64,000 bases of DNA from Clostridia bacterium (GCA_017512675.1 JAFWEY010000198.1:1803-65802), one strand, 5' to 3'. Shown: positions 46,044-55,139, counted from the stretch's first letter. The notes: generated by a model from the letters alone, not told the origin. Translations and numbers: made by a program.

Positions 46044-47018
46044 ATGATGGAACGGGAACGGGCAGGGCTTATTTATCAGACGATGGTGAAAATCCGCGCC
46101 TTTGAAATGAAGGCGGTGAATCTGTTTGAAACCAATAAGCTTCGCGGCTCGGTGCATTTGTATGTGGGAGAAGAAGCGATTGCGGCGACGGTTTGCTCGC
46201 GGCTTTCTGACGAAGACTACATTACCTCCACACACCGCGGCCACGGGCATTGCATCGCCAAGGGCGCGCGGCTGGACCGCTGTATGGCGGAACTGATGGG
46301 CAAGGAAACCGGATATTGCCGGGGGCGGTCCGGATCCATGCACATCGCGGAGTTTTCGAAAGGCAACCTTGGCGCGAACGCGATCGTCGGCGGCGGGATT
46401 CCGATTGCTACCGGCGCCGCGCTGTCACTGAAAATGCAGCACAAAAAGCACGTTGCGGTGTCGTTTTTCGGTGACGGTGCCTCCAACGAGGGCACATTCC
46501 ACGAATCGCTGAATCTCGCCGGCGTATGGAAGCTGCCGATCATCTACGTTTGCGAGAACAACGGCTACGGCATTTCGGTGCCGCTGTGGGAATCCACCGC
46601 GGTGGACAGGATCTCGGTGCGCGCAGCTGCCTATAACATGCCGGGTGAGACGGTGGACGGAAACGATGTCGAGGCCATAGACGAAGCGTTTTCGAAGGCG
46701 CAGGAACGGGCTCTGGCGGGCGAAGGCGCGTCGCTGATCGAATGCATCACCTATCGGTGGCTGGGGCATTGGACCGGTGATCCGCAGACTTACCGCACGC
46801 GCGAGGAGATCGAAGAATGGAAGAAGAAGGATCCGATTGTGCGGTGGGGGAATAAGCTGATCGAACGCGGCTGGTACACCAGGGAGGATCTTGACGCGAT
46901 GCAGGCGGCGGCGGATGAGGAAGTGCAGCAGGCCTCGGAGTTCGCGCTGAACAGTCCCAATCCGGATCCGGCACAGGTGCTGGACGACGTGTTTTATGAG
47001 GAGGCGGCGGAAGAATGA
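46044..47018 (+). CDS. thiamine-diphosphate-dependent dehydrogenase E1 alpha subunit (acetoin/pyruvate dehydrogenase type)
   Basis: 324 aa with ...THRGHGHCIAKG... and a TPP motif GDGASNEG...N. Confidence 0.88.
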   Translation: MMERERAGLIYQTMVKIRAFEMKAVNLFETNKLRGSVHLYVGEEAIAATVCSRLSDEDYITSTHRGHGHCIAKGARLDRCMAELMGKETGYCRGRSGSMHIAEFSKGNLGANAIVGGGIPIATGAALSLKMQHKKHVAVSFFGDGASNEGTFHESLNLAGVWKLPIIYVCENNGYGISVPLWESTAVDRISVRAAAYNMPGETVDGNDVEAIDEAFSKAQERALAGEGASLIECITYRWLGHWTGDPQTYRTREEIEEWKKKDPIVRWGNKLIERGWYTREDLDAMQAAADEEVQQASEFALNSPNPDPAQVLDDVFYEEAAEE

Positions 47019-47995
47019 GCGTAAAGACCTATGCGAAGGCGGTGCGCGATACCATAGCCGCCGAAATGCGCCGGGATGACCGCGTTTTTCTGATGGGCGA
47101 AGATGTTGAAGAGATCGGCTCGATTTTCGGCTGCACCGCGGATTTGACCAAGGAATTCGGCAGGGAACGCGCGTTCAATACGCCGATCAGCGAAGCCGGA
47201 TTCGTTGGCGCGGGATTGGGCGCGGCATGTACCGGAATGCGCCCGATCGTAGAGCTGCTGTACATGGACTTTTCCTTTGTGGCAATGGATCAGCTGCTCA
47301 ACCAGGTGGCGAAAACCCGTTATGTGTTCGGCGGAAAGGCAAAAATCCCGCTGGTAATCCGAGGGCAGCAGGGGATCGGGCGCGGCAACGCGGCAACGCA
47401 TTCGCAGTCGGTGGAAACCATATTCATGCATTTTCCGGGGCTGAAGGTGGCCTGTCCTTCCACGGGACGCGATGCTGCCGGGCTTCTGCGCACTGCGATC
47501 CGGGACGATAACCCGGTCATGATCTTCGAACACAAGGCGCTCTATCCCACCAAGTGCGACGTGCCGGACGATCCGGAATTCATGCTGCCGTTCGGCAAGG
47601 CGGACATCAAGCGCCCGGGCACAGATGTGACGATTGTCGCAAACCTGCTCTACGTGAAACGCTCGCTGGAGGCGGCGGAAGAGCTGGCAAAGATGGGGAT
47701 TTCGGCAGAGGTCATCGATCCGATGACGCTGGTGCCGCTGGACAGGGAAACCATCGTCGAATCGGTCAAAAAGACCGGACGGCTGGTGGTGGTGCACGAG
47801 GCGCACCGCACCGCGGGCTGGGGTGCTGAAGTGGCCTCGATGGTCACGGAGGAAGCCTTCCGCTATCTGGATGCGCCGCCTCTGCGCCTGGGCACCAAAG
47901 CGTGCCCGCTGCCGTTCAACGTGGATCTGGAGAACGCGGCGACCCCGCAGGTATCCGACATCGTTGAGGCCGCCAGAAAAGTCTGCTATCGGTAA
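47015..47995 (+). CDS. E1 beta subunit
   Basis: 326 aa, transketolase-like pyrimidine-binding and C-terminal domains (...FNTPISEAGFVG...). The start overlaps the E1 alpha stop. Confidence 0.88.
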   Translation: MSVKTYAKAVRDTIAAEMRRDDRVFLMGEDVEEIGSIFGCTADLTKEFGRERAFNTPISEAGFVGAGLGAACTGMRPIVELLYMDFSFVAMDQLLNQVAKTRYVFGGKAKIPLVIRGQQGIGRGNAATHSQSVETIFMHFPGLKVACPSTGRDAAGLLRTAIRDDNPVMIFEHKALYPTKCDVPDDPEFMLPFGKADIKRPGTDVTIVANLLYVKRSLEAAEELAKMGISAEVIDPMTLVPLDRETIVESVKKTGRLVVVHEAHRTAGWGAEVASMVTEEAFRYLDAPPLRLGTKACPLPFNVDLENAATPQVSDIVEAARKVCYR

Positions 47996-48163
47996 ATGCA
48001 GGGCGGAACGGTTCGGGAAACCCTGCTGTCCGCCGGTGCGTCCCGCGGGTTTTGTGCCCGCGGCGCTGCGGCCGGCACCGCGATGCGGGCGGCCGCGTCG
48101 TTTGTGCGGGGCTGCCTTGCAGGCGGCTCTCCGCTTTGCTGATTGTGAGAATCGGAGGAACAT

Positions 48164-49486
48164 ATGGCAACGACGATTATTATGCCCAAGCAAGGGCTTC
48201 AGATGACCGAAGGGCTGATTCTGCGCTGGCTGGCAAAAGAAGGCGACACAATCCGGGAAGGGCAGCCGCTGTTTGAGATGGAAACGGACAAGCTGACCAT
48301 CACGATCGACGCGAACGTGACGGGTACCCTGCTGAAGATCCTTCGCGGAGAGGGAGAGCTGGTGCCGATCACCGAGGTGATTGCGATCGCCGGCGAACCG
48401 GGCGAAGACATTTCGGGGCTGCTGCCTTCGGGCAGTGCGGCGGCATCCGAACAGCCGGAATCGGCGCCGGCGCCGCAGCCGGAGCCTGAAGGGAATCCGG
48501 CAAAGCCGGTTTCCGGCGAGCGCGTTTTCGCGACGCCCCGTGCGCGCATGCATGCGCAGGAGCGGCAGGTGGATCTGCGGACCGTCGCGGGAAGCGGACC
48601 GGACGGGCTCATCATCGATCGCGATATCCAGGAAAAGGCGAATATCCGCGCGACGCCGCTGGCCCGCAAGGAAGCGGAAAAGGCGGGGGTTGCACTGGAT
48701 GGAATCGCCGGAACGGGAAGCCACGGGAAAATCGTGCTGGCGGATGTCCTCGAAAAGGAAGAGCGCCGGCCGGATGCTGCGGCCAGGGACGCGGAGATCT
48801 CCGAAGAGGCCGACGAAACGGCGATTCCGCTGACCGGTATGCGGAGAATCATTGCGCGGCGAATGAAAGAAAGCCTGACAGAAATGGCGCAGGCAAATCA
48901 TCGCATGGAGGCGGACATGACCGAAGCGGTGCGCCTGCGCGACCAGCTCAAAGCACAGGGAATCAAGGTCAGCTACAACGATATCGTGCTGTATTGCACG
49001 GCCCGGGCGCTGACCGAGTATCCGCGCATGAATTCGGTGATGACGGACAATGCCATCATCGAAAAGCGGCGCGTGCATCTGGGGATGGCGGTTGCCACAG
49101 AGGACGGTTTGCTGGTGCCGGTGATACGCGATGCGGATCGGATGAAGCTGCAGGAACTCGGCGGAAGAGCCAGAGAGCTGGGCCGGCTTGCGAGGGAGGG
49201 CGGACTCCGTCCGGACGATATGACGGGAGGCACCTTTACGGTTACCAATCTCGGGATGTTCGGCGTTGACACCTTCACTCCGATCATCAACGCGCCGGAA
49301 GCCGGGATTCTGGGAGTCGGGCAGATCCGGAAAAAGGCAGTGGTGCTCGACGATGACAGCATCGCGGTGCGGAGCATGATGTGGCTGTCGCTGACCTATG
49401 ATCATCGGGTGATCGACGGCGCGCCGGCAGCGCAGTTCCTTCGCCGCGTGAAGCAGCTCATCGAACAGCCGGCGTTGCTTCTGTAG
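48164..49486 (+). CDS. dihydrolipoamide acyltransferase E2
   Basis: Lipoyl domain with METDKL, Ala/Pro-rich linker, subunit-binding domain and catalytic DHRVIDG. Stop is TAG. Confidence 0.9.
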   Translation: MATTIIMPKQGLQMTEGLILRWLAKEGDTIREGQPLFEMETDKLTITIDANVTGTLLKILRGEGELVPITEVIAIAGEPGEDISGLLPSGSAAASEQPESAPAPQPEPEGNPAKPVSGERVFATPRARMHAQERQVDLRTVAGSGPDGLIIDRDIQEKANIRATPLARKEAEKAGVALDGIAGTGSHGKIVLADVLEKEERRPDAAARDAEISEEADETAIPLTGMRRIIARRMKESLTEMAQANHRMEADMTEAVRLRDQLKAQGIKVSYNDIVLYCTARALTEYPRMNSVMTDNAIIEKRRVHLGMAVATEDGLLVPVIRDADRMKLQELGGRARELGRLAREGGLRPDDMTGGTFTVTNLGMFGVDTFTPIINAPEAGILGVGQIRKKAVVLDDDSIAVRSMMWLSLTYDHRVIDGAPAAQFLRRVKQLIEQPALLL

Positions 49487-49495
49487 GAGGATAAA

Positions 49496-50878
49496 ATGGG
49501 GTACGATTATCAGGTGGCCTTACTGGGCGGAGGCCCGGGAGGCTATGAGGCGGCGATCCGCTGCGCGCAGTACGGTTTGAAAACCGCGCTGATCGAGGAA
49601 AGGGACCTGGGCGGGACCTGCCTGAATCGGGGCTGCATACCGACCAAGGCGATGCTGCACGGAGCCGAGGTTTACGGCCTGGCGAAAGCAGGATCGGAAT
49701 TCGGGCTGAACACCGGCGCGCTCTCGTTGGACTACGCGAAGCTTTCGGCGTGGAAGGACAGGAAAGTTCTGCAGCTGCGCAGGGGCGTCGAAGCGCTTGA
49801 ACGCGCGAACGGCGTTCAGGTTCTGCGCGGCCGCGGCACGCTGACCGGTGCGCACGGCATGAAAGTCGGAGACAACGAAATCACCTTCGACAAACTGATT
49901 CTGGCAACAGGCTCCAGGCCCGCCCGCCCGCCGATTCCCGGCATCGAAAACGCGGTAACGAGCGACGAAGTCCTTGCGCAGACGGCGCTGCCGGAAAGCG
50001 CGGTCATTATCGGCGGCGGCGTGATCGGGCTGGAATTCGCGACGCTTTACGCGACCCTGGGCTGCAAGGTGACCATCCTGGAAATGCTGGATGTCATTCT
50101 TCCCAATGCGGATCAGGAAATTGCGGCGATCGTCAGAGGCGCCATAGAACGGCTGGGGGTTTCGCTGGAAACCGGAGCGCGGGTGACGGAGATCCTGAAA
50201 GGCGCCGTGCGCTATGAAAAAGCCGGCCGGGCGTATACCGCCTCCGGGGAACAGGTGATCGTTTCCATCGGCCGCAGGCCGAACACGGAGGATATCGGGT
50301 TGGAACGGATTGGGCTCGTCACGCAGAAGGGCTTTCTCCCGGTCGATGACCGCTGTCAGACCCGCGCTGCGGACGTATGGGCGATTGGCGATATCACCGG
50401 CAGGATCCAGCTCGCCCATGTGGCGAGCGCACAGGGGCTCACGGCAGCGGCGAACTGTGCCGGAAAAAATGCCGTCATGCGCTATGACAGAGTGCCGTCC
50501 TGCGTGTATACCGCGCCTGAAGTTGCCTGGGTCGGCATGACGGAAGCACAGGCGCGCGAAAAAGGGCGTTCGCTGCGGATCGGAAAATTCCCGGTTTCCG
50601 GAAACGGACGCTGTCTGGTGATGAACGAAAGCGACGGATTCGCCAAAATCGTGTCGGACGAAAACACCGGGGAAATTCTCGGCTGCCAGATCGCGTCGCC
50701 GCGGGCAACCGATCTGATTTCTGAGATCTGTGCGGTGATGGCTTGTGAAGGCACCGTCGAGGAGATCGCCGCAGCGATTCATCCGCACCCGACGGTCAGC
50801 GAGATGCTGATGGAAGCGGCGCACGATACGGAGGGGCTCTCCTGCCACGCGATGCCGAAAAAGAGAACGAAGAATTGA
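49496..50878 (+). CDS. lpdA: dihydrolipoyl dehydrogenase E3
   Basis: GGGPGGY FAD motif, redox-active CLNRGCIPTK and a C-terminal HPHPT interface motif. Confidence 0.92.
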   Translation: MGYDYQVALLGGGPGGYEAAIRCAQYGLKTALIEERDLGGTCLNRGCIPTKAMLHGAEVYGLAKAGSEFGLNTGALSLDYAKLSAWKDRKVLQLRRGVEALERANGVQVLRGRGTLTGAHGMKVGDNEITFDKLILATGSRPARPPIPGIENAVTSDEVLAQTALPESAVIIGGGVIGLEFATLYATLGCKVTILEMLDVILPNADQEIAAIVRGAIERLGVSLETGARVTEILKGAVRYEKAGRAYTASGEQVIVSIGRRPNTEDIGLERIGLVTQKGFLPVDDRCQTRAADVWAIGDITGRIQLAHVASAQGLTAAANCAGKNAVMRYDRVPSCVYTAPEVAWVGMTEAQAREKGRSLRIGKFPVSGNGRCLVMNESDGFAKIVSDENTGEILGCQIASPRATDLISEICAVMACEGTVEEIAAAIHPHPTVSEMLMEAAHDTEGLSCHAMPKKRTKN

Positions 50879-50883
50879 ATGGC

Positions 50884-50927
50884 TTCCGCCCGCGTCCGGC
50901 GCCGCCGGATGCGGGCGGAATTTTCTT
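50884..50927 (+). terminator. strong intrinsic terminator after lpdA
   Basis: 17-bp stem TTCCGCCCGCGTCCGGC / GCCGGATGCGGGCGGAA followed by TTTTCTT. Confidence 0.8.
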
Positions 50928-51113
50928 GTGCGGAAAATGCCGCGTCTGATACTGCTTTCATCCAAAACATCGTTTTGGATGAAAGGACGCGCACCGCGTC
51001 CACAAAGGCGCATATCTGTGCCTTTGTCGTCTCATACGATTTCGTACGGCCTGAGGTGAAAAATATGCCCGTCAAAGATGTGCATATTTCAGAACGAAAT
51101 CAGTATGAATCCG

Positions 51114-51146
51114 GACAGACAGAAGGCCTGTCTGTCTGCTGTTTTA
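51114..51146 (+). terminator. orphan terminator-like hairpin in the lpdA-larA spacer
   Basis: GACAGACAG / CTGTCTGTC stem with a 5-nt loop, then TGCTGTTTTA. No annotated gene ends here. Confidence 0.35.
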
Positions 51147-51271
51147 TGTCAGCACCGCGCAATTCACCGGCACGGCCGGCGGCGGGCGACGCGCCGTCCG
51201 TTTCCCGCAGATTTCCCGATTTGCAGCCGCTGCCGGAGCGGGAAATCTATAAAGGAATAACGATGCTGCTC

Positions 51272-51300
51272 TTTACAGATGCGATTCGATACGCTACAAT
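51272..51300 (+). promoter_or_regulatory. sigma-A promoter of the larA homologue
   Basis: TTTACA (51272-51277), 17 nt, TACAAT (51295-51300). Confidence 0.5.
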
Positions 51301-51339
51301 TATAGTGTCGAGAATAATGATGTCAGGGAGGCGAAGGCC

Positions 51340-52590
51340 ATGCAGATAGAACTGGGATTTGGGAAGGGCGTACAGAAAATCGAAGTGCCGGATCAGAATG
51401 TCCTGGGCATACTGACGCCGAACCAGGTCGCGCACGAACTGAGCGGCGAGGCCGAGGTAAAAAGAGCGCTGGAAAACCCGATCGGAACGCCCCGCCTTCG
51501 GGACATCGTCAGGCCCGGCGAAAAGATCGCCGTGGTGACCAGCGACATCACCCGTCCGATGCCCAGTTACAAGGTGATGCCTGCGCTGCTGGACGAACTG
51601 TACCTGGCCGGCGTTTCGCCGGAGGATATCACGCTGGTATTTGCGCTTGGCAGCCATCGGCGGCAGACAGATGAAGAAAAAAGACGGCTGGTCGGGGACA
51701 GGGCGTTTTCGGAAATACGCTGTGTGGACAGCGCGGAGGAAGAATTCGTCCACGTGGGCGAAACCGGACACGGAACCCCGGTGGATATTGCCCGCTGTGT
51801 TGCCGAAGCGGATCGCCGCATCTGTCTCGGAAACATCGAATACCATTATTTCGCCGGCTATTCCGGCGGTGCCAAAGCGATTATGCCCGGGGTATCCACC
51901 CGTGAGGCGATCCAGGTCAATCACAGCATGATGGTCAACGAAGACGCCTGTGCCGGGAAGCTTGAGGGAAATCCGCTCCGGTCGGATATCGAAGAGGCAG
52001 CCGCAATGGTCGGCGTGGATTTCATCGTCAACGTTGTGCTGGACGAACATAAACAGATCATTCATGCCTGTGCCGGTGATCTTACGCTGGCACACAGGGA
52101 GGGCTGCGCTTTCCTGGACAGGCTCTACGCAGTAAGCATCCCCGAGAAGGCGGATATCGTCGTCGTATCTCAGGGCGGCGCGCCGAAGGATCTGAATCTC
52201 TATCAGACCCAAAAGGCGCTGGACAACGCGAAGCATGCGGTTAAGGACGGAGGTTCCGTCGTGCTGATCGGGTCCTGCCGGGAAGGACTGGGTGAAAAAA
52301 CCTTCGAGGAATGGATGACCGCGGCGCCGACAGCGCACAGTCTGATCGAGCGGATTCACCGGGAATTCAAACTGGGGGGACACAAGGCGGCCGCCATTGC
52401 GATGGTGCTGGAAAAGGCGGAAATCTATCTGGTCAGTGAACTGGAAAGCGGGTTCGTCGAAAGCCTGTTCATGAAGCCCTGCGAAAGCGCGCAACAGGCG
52501 ATCGACAAAGCCTTTGAAAAGCAGGGACGGAACGCGACGGTCCTGATTATGCCTTACGGCGGTTCGACACTGCCGCGCGTCGCGGGCTGA
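51340..52590 (+). CDS. larA: LarA family (nickel-pincer-dependent 2-hydroxyacid racemase/epimerase) protein
   Basis: 416 aa with DUF2088/LarA-like pattern ...VTSDITRP..., ...ALGSHR... and ...GYSGGAKAIMPG... (the Lys that tethers the NPN cofactor in LarA). Substrate unknown. Confidence 0.8.
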   Translation: MQIELGFGKGVQKIEVPDQNVLGILTPNQVAHELSGEAEVKRALENPIGTPRLRDIVRPGEKIAVVTSDITRPMPSYKVMPALLDELYLAGVSPEDITLVFALGSHRRQTDEEKRRLVGDRAFSEIRCVDSAEEEFVHVGETGHGTPVDIARCVAEADRRICLGNIEYHYFAGYSGGAKAIMPGVSTREAIQVNHSMMVNEDACAGKLEGNPLRSDIEEAAAMVGVDFIVNVVLDEHKQIIHACAGDLTLAHREGCAFLDRLYAVSIPEKADIVVVSQGGAPKDLNLYQTQKALDNAKHAVKDGGSVVLIGSCREGLGEKTFEEWMTAAPTAHSLIERIHREFKLGGHKAAAIAMVLEKAEIYLVSELESGFVESLFMKPCESAQQAIDKAFEKQGRNATVLIMPYGGSTLPRVAG

Positions 52591-52600
52591 AGAACGAAAC

Positions 52601-52641
52601 GCAGCGCGCCCTCAACCGGATTCCGGATGGGGGCGCGCTGC
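52601..52641 (+). terminator. long GC-rich hairpin after larA
   Basis: GCAGCGCGCCC / GGGCGCGCTGC outer stem with an inner CCGGA/TCCGG stem. No clear U-tract. Confidence 0.45.
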
Positions 52642-52807
52642 GCACAGTGCTGCACAAGCCGGCGAAAGACTGCTGAGCGGTATAAACAAAAACCAGGAAA
52701 AAACCAAATTTGAACAAGTGTGATACATGATTGAACCCGAGTTTTCCCGATGTTTGTAAATAATTTCTGCAAGAAACAGAATGTTAACGTAACGTGAAAA
52801 AAACCAC

Positions 52808-52836
52808 TTGACGTAATTCCGGCAGAATGATACACT
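52808..52836 (+). promoter_or_regulatory. sigma-A promoter of the GntR / Tal-like / SucCD-like operon
   Basis: TTGACG (52808-52813), a 17-nt spacer ending in TGA (extended -10), then TACACT (52831-52836). It lies in the most AT-rich spacer of the window. Confidence 0.5.
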
Positions 52837-52865
52837 GAGAAAAAAAGAGAGGAATCGAAAGCTTC

Positions 52866-53675
52866 GTGACGCACAGGAATGCAGGGAATACCGCGCCATA
52901 CCGGCAGGGACAGATCGCGGTTGACGTTCCGGCAGTAAAAAAGAGGCGGTTATCCAAAGCGGTCAGTGAGAACATCGCCCACAAAATCTATTCCGCCGAA
53001 TGGCACGCCGGACAGACGCTGCCTTCGGAGCGCGTGCTGGCGGGAGCGCTGGGTGTAAGCCGAACGGTGCTCCGGGAAGCGCTGGCCGAACTGTCCGATC
53101 AGGGGTATATCGGCAGGGAAGGTTCGAGAAACTGGATTGTTTTGCCGCTGACGCTGGACAATATGTTCTCAAAGGTGAACGATGCGCTCGAGGTGTTCTC
53201 GCCGGATCTGGAAACGGTGCTCGGCCTGATGGATATCCGGATGCTTCTCGAGAATTATACCGTGGGCATCGCCGCGGAAAGCGACAACACGGAAGAGATT
53301 CGCAATGCGCAGCGGGCGATCGATGAAATGCGCGAACGTTTCGCGCAGGGAAGCATCAGCTATGAAAGCGAAACGGTATTTCATTCGAGCCTCGTGCGGA
53401 TGACGGGGAACAAAGCGCTGATCAGCGTATACAATCTGTGCAAGAATCTGCTGAACAGGGTAAACCGTACCTCTCTGCTGATTTCCTACACGCACGGGAT
53501 CAGGATTACAGCCATGGACGAGCATCAGCGTATCCTGGACGCAATTGTGGCGCATGACCGGGAAAAAGCGATGGAAGCAATGCGCGAACATTTGATTCTG
53601 TCACGCGACAATATGATAGCCGCGTATCAGTTTATGCAGCAGGAAACCTGGGCGGACGAACACCAAAAACCATAG
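52866..53675 (+). CDS. GntR family transcriptional regulator, FadR subfamily (FCD domain)
   Basis: 269 aa from GTG start 52866. wHTH ...LPSERVLAGALGVSRTVLREALAELSDQGYI... followed by an all-helical FCD-like C-terminus. Stop is TAG. Confidence 0.82.
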   Translation: MTHRNAGNTAPYRQGQIAVDVPAVKKRRLSKAVSENIAHKIYSAEWHAGQTLPSERVLAGALGVSRTVLREALAELSDQGYIGREGSRNWIVLPLTLDNMFSKVNDALEVFSPDLETVLGLMDIRMLLENYTVGIAAESDNTEEIRNAQRAIDEMRERFAQGSISYESETVFHSSLVRMTGNKALISVYNLCKNLLNRVNRTSLLISYTHGIRITAMDEHQRILDAIVAHDREKAMEAMREHLILSRDNMIAAYQFMQQETWADEHQKP

Positions 53676-53693
53676 CAAGGAGGAGAACCCAGA

Positions 53694-55064
53694 ATGAAAC
53701 AGTCGGAATCCCTGAAATGGCGGTCGAGAATTGTCTTTGCCGCAAGCGCAGAGGCGGCGCGCGCCGCGGCTGAGGAACTGGCAGCCTGCGTGGCGGGCGG
53801 CAGCGAAGAGGCTCTGCAGGCGGCGGCGGATGTGGCGGTGGATCTCGCTTCCTATCTCACCCATTGGACGCTGGAGGAAAAGCTGTCCAAAGAGGAGATT
53901 GCCGGGCTTTCAAAGATGCTGCTGGATGCAGCCGGCTCTTCGCCTCTGGCAGAGGAAGCGCAGAAGGAAATCGCTTCCATCCGGAGCAGCTCGATGTGTG
54001 AACTGACCCGCAAGACCGACGCGGGCGAGCTGGCCACCTACTGGGGGCACGATTACGCATCCGGCCTGACGCACTCGCTGCGCCGCGGCGCACGCTGGGT
54101 GACCAACAATCCCTGCAAGAATACGCTGTTCAAGAAGGATTTCCCGGAGCTCTACGAAGAACTGCTCAATGACATCGTAGCGGAGAATCCGGATATGTCC
54201 GAAGAAGACATGGTTTCCATGGTGTTCGCCAAGATCTGCGCGCTGAGCGCGCGCGAGCTGCGCCCGATCCACGAGGCGACAAAAGGCGAATACGGCTTCG
54301 TATGCGTGCAGGTGAATCCGTTCAACATTCCCTTCGACGACAGTGCGGAAAAGATCATCCGTCAGGTTCGCTTCTGGAACGAAGCGTTCAAGAAGGAACT
54401 GGGCGTGGAGGATCCGAATATCGTATACAAGATCCCCGCAGTGCGCGCGGGCCTGGAGGCCTGTCCGGTGCTGCTGGAGGAAGGATTCCGTCTGTGCCTC
54501 ACGCTGGACTTCACCGTGACGCAGCATGATATCTTTGCGCGTATCCTCAGCGCCTATCCCCAGAAGGGCTTTGTGGTGCTGATGGGCGGTCTGCTGGATG
54601 ACAAGGTGACCAAGGAACTGGAAGAGATGGGCGTCGAGGAGCCGCGCAAGTACGGCCTGCACGCAGCCCAGGCGGTCATCCGGAAATCCTACGCGAATCT
54701 CCACGCAAAGGGATACGACAAGAATGTCTCCATCATGACCGCAGCGGTGCGCGGCCCGTGGGCGATTGCCAATACGATGGCGCCCGGCGACGGCGCGGTT
54801 ACGCTGATTACCACGCTGACGAACAAGATCCTGGAATTCGACGGCAATCCGACGCCGCTCGAGAGCCATATGGCGGATCCTGTCGATCCGGAAATCATGG
54901 CCGTGCTGGAAAAGAGCAAGGTGTTCCGTCAGGCATACTGCATGCCGTCGGAAGGCCTGCTGGGCTGGGAAGATCTCTACGAATTCCCGCCGTTCATGGC
55001 ATTCTACGATCAGTTCCGTGACGCTTATGCCGAACTGACCGAAGATATCAGGGCGAAGAGATAA
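53694..55064 (+). CDS. divergent transaldolase/fructose-6-phosphate-aldolase family protein with an N-terminal extension of about 110 aa
   Basis: 456 aa. WVTNNPC (compare TTNPS), VCVQVNP (compare FSA LFAQVMA) and NIVYKIPAVRAGLEA (compare FSA IVVKVPVTAEGLAA, the Schiff-base Lys). Alignment done by eye from remembered TalB/FSA sequences. Confidence 0.65.
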   Translation: MKQSESLKWRSRIVFAASAEAARAAAEELAACVAGGSEEALQAAADVAVDLASYLTHWTLEEKLSKEEIAGLSKMLLDAAGSSPLAEEAQKEIASIRSSSMCELTRKTDAGELATYWGHDYASGLTHSLRRGARWVTNNPCKNTLFKKDFPELYEELLNDIVAENPDMSEEDMVSMVFAKICALSARELRPIHEATKGEYGFVCVQVNPFNIPFDDSAEKIIRQVRFWNEAFKKELGVEDPNIVYKIPAVRAGLEACPVLLEEGFRLCLTLDFTVTQHDIFARILSAYPQKGFVVLMGGLLDDKVTKELEEMGVEEPRKYGLHAAQAVIRKSYANLHAKGYDKNVSIMTAAVRGPWAIANTMAPGDGAVTLITTLTNKILEFDGNPTPLESHMADPVDPEIMAVLEKSKVFRQAYCMPSEGLLGWEDLYEFPPFMAFYDQFRDAYAELTEDIRAKR

Positions 55065-55139
55065 ATGCGAAGCGTTTCGGCGGATCGGGCGCTCCGGTGT
55101 TTCGGCCCGCCGAAAAACAGAATCCGGGAGGCGTAATCT

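Noticed and set aside
46994-49405. 803-aa minus-strand ORF antisense to the E1 beta and E2 genes.
   Set aside because: Arg/His/Pro-rich nonsense composition. It spans a gene boundary and an intergenic spacer, and the plus-strand frames carry clear E1 beta and E2 motifs.
51065-51349. Small ORF starting at ATG 51065 with a GAGGTGA RBS in the lpdA-larA spacer.
   Set aside because: The frame runs through the orphan terminator hairpin and the larA promoter. It becomes Arg/Pro-rich and ends inside larA, so it is unlikely to be a real protein.
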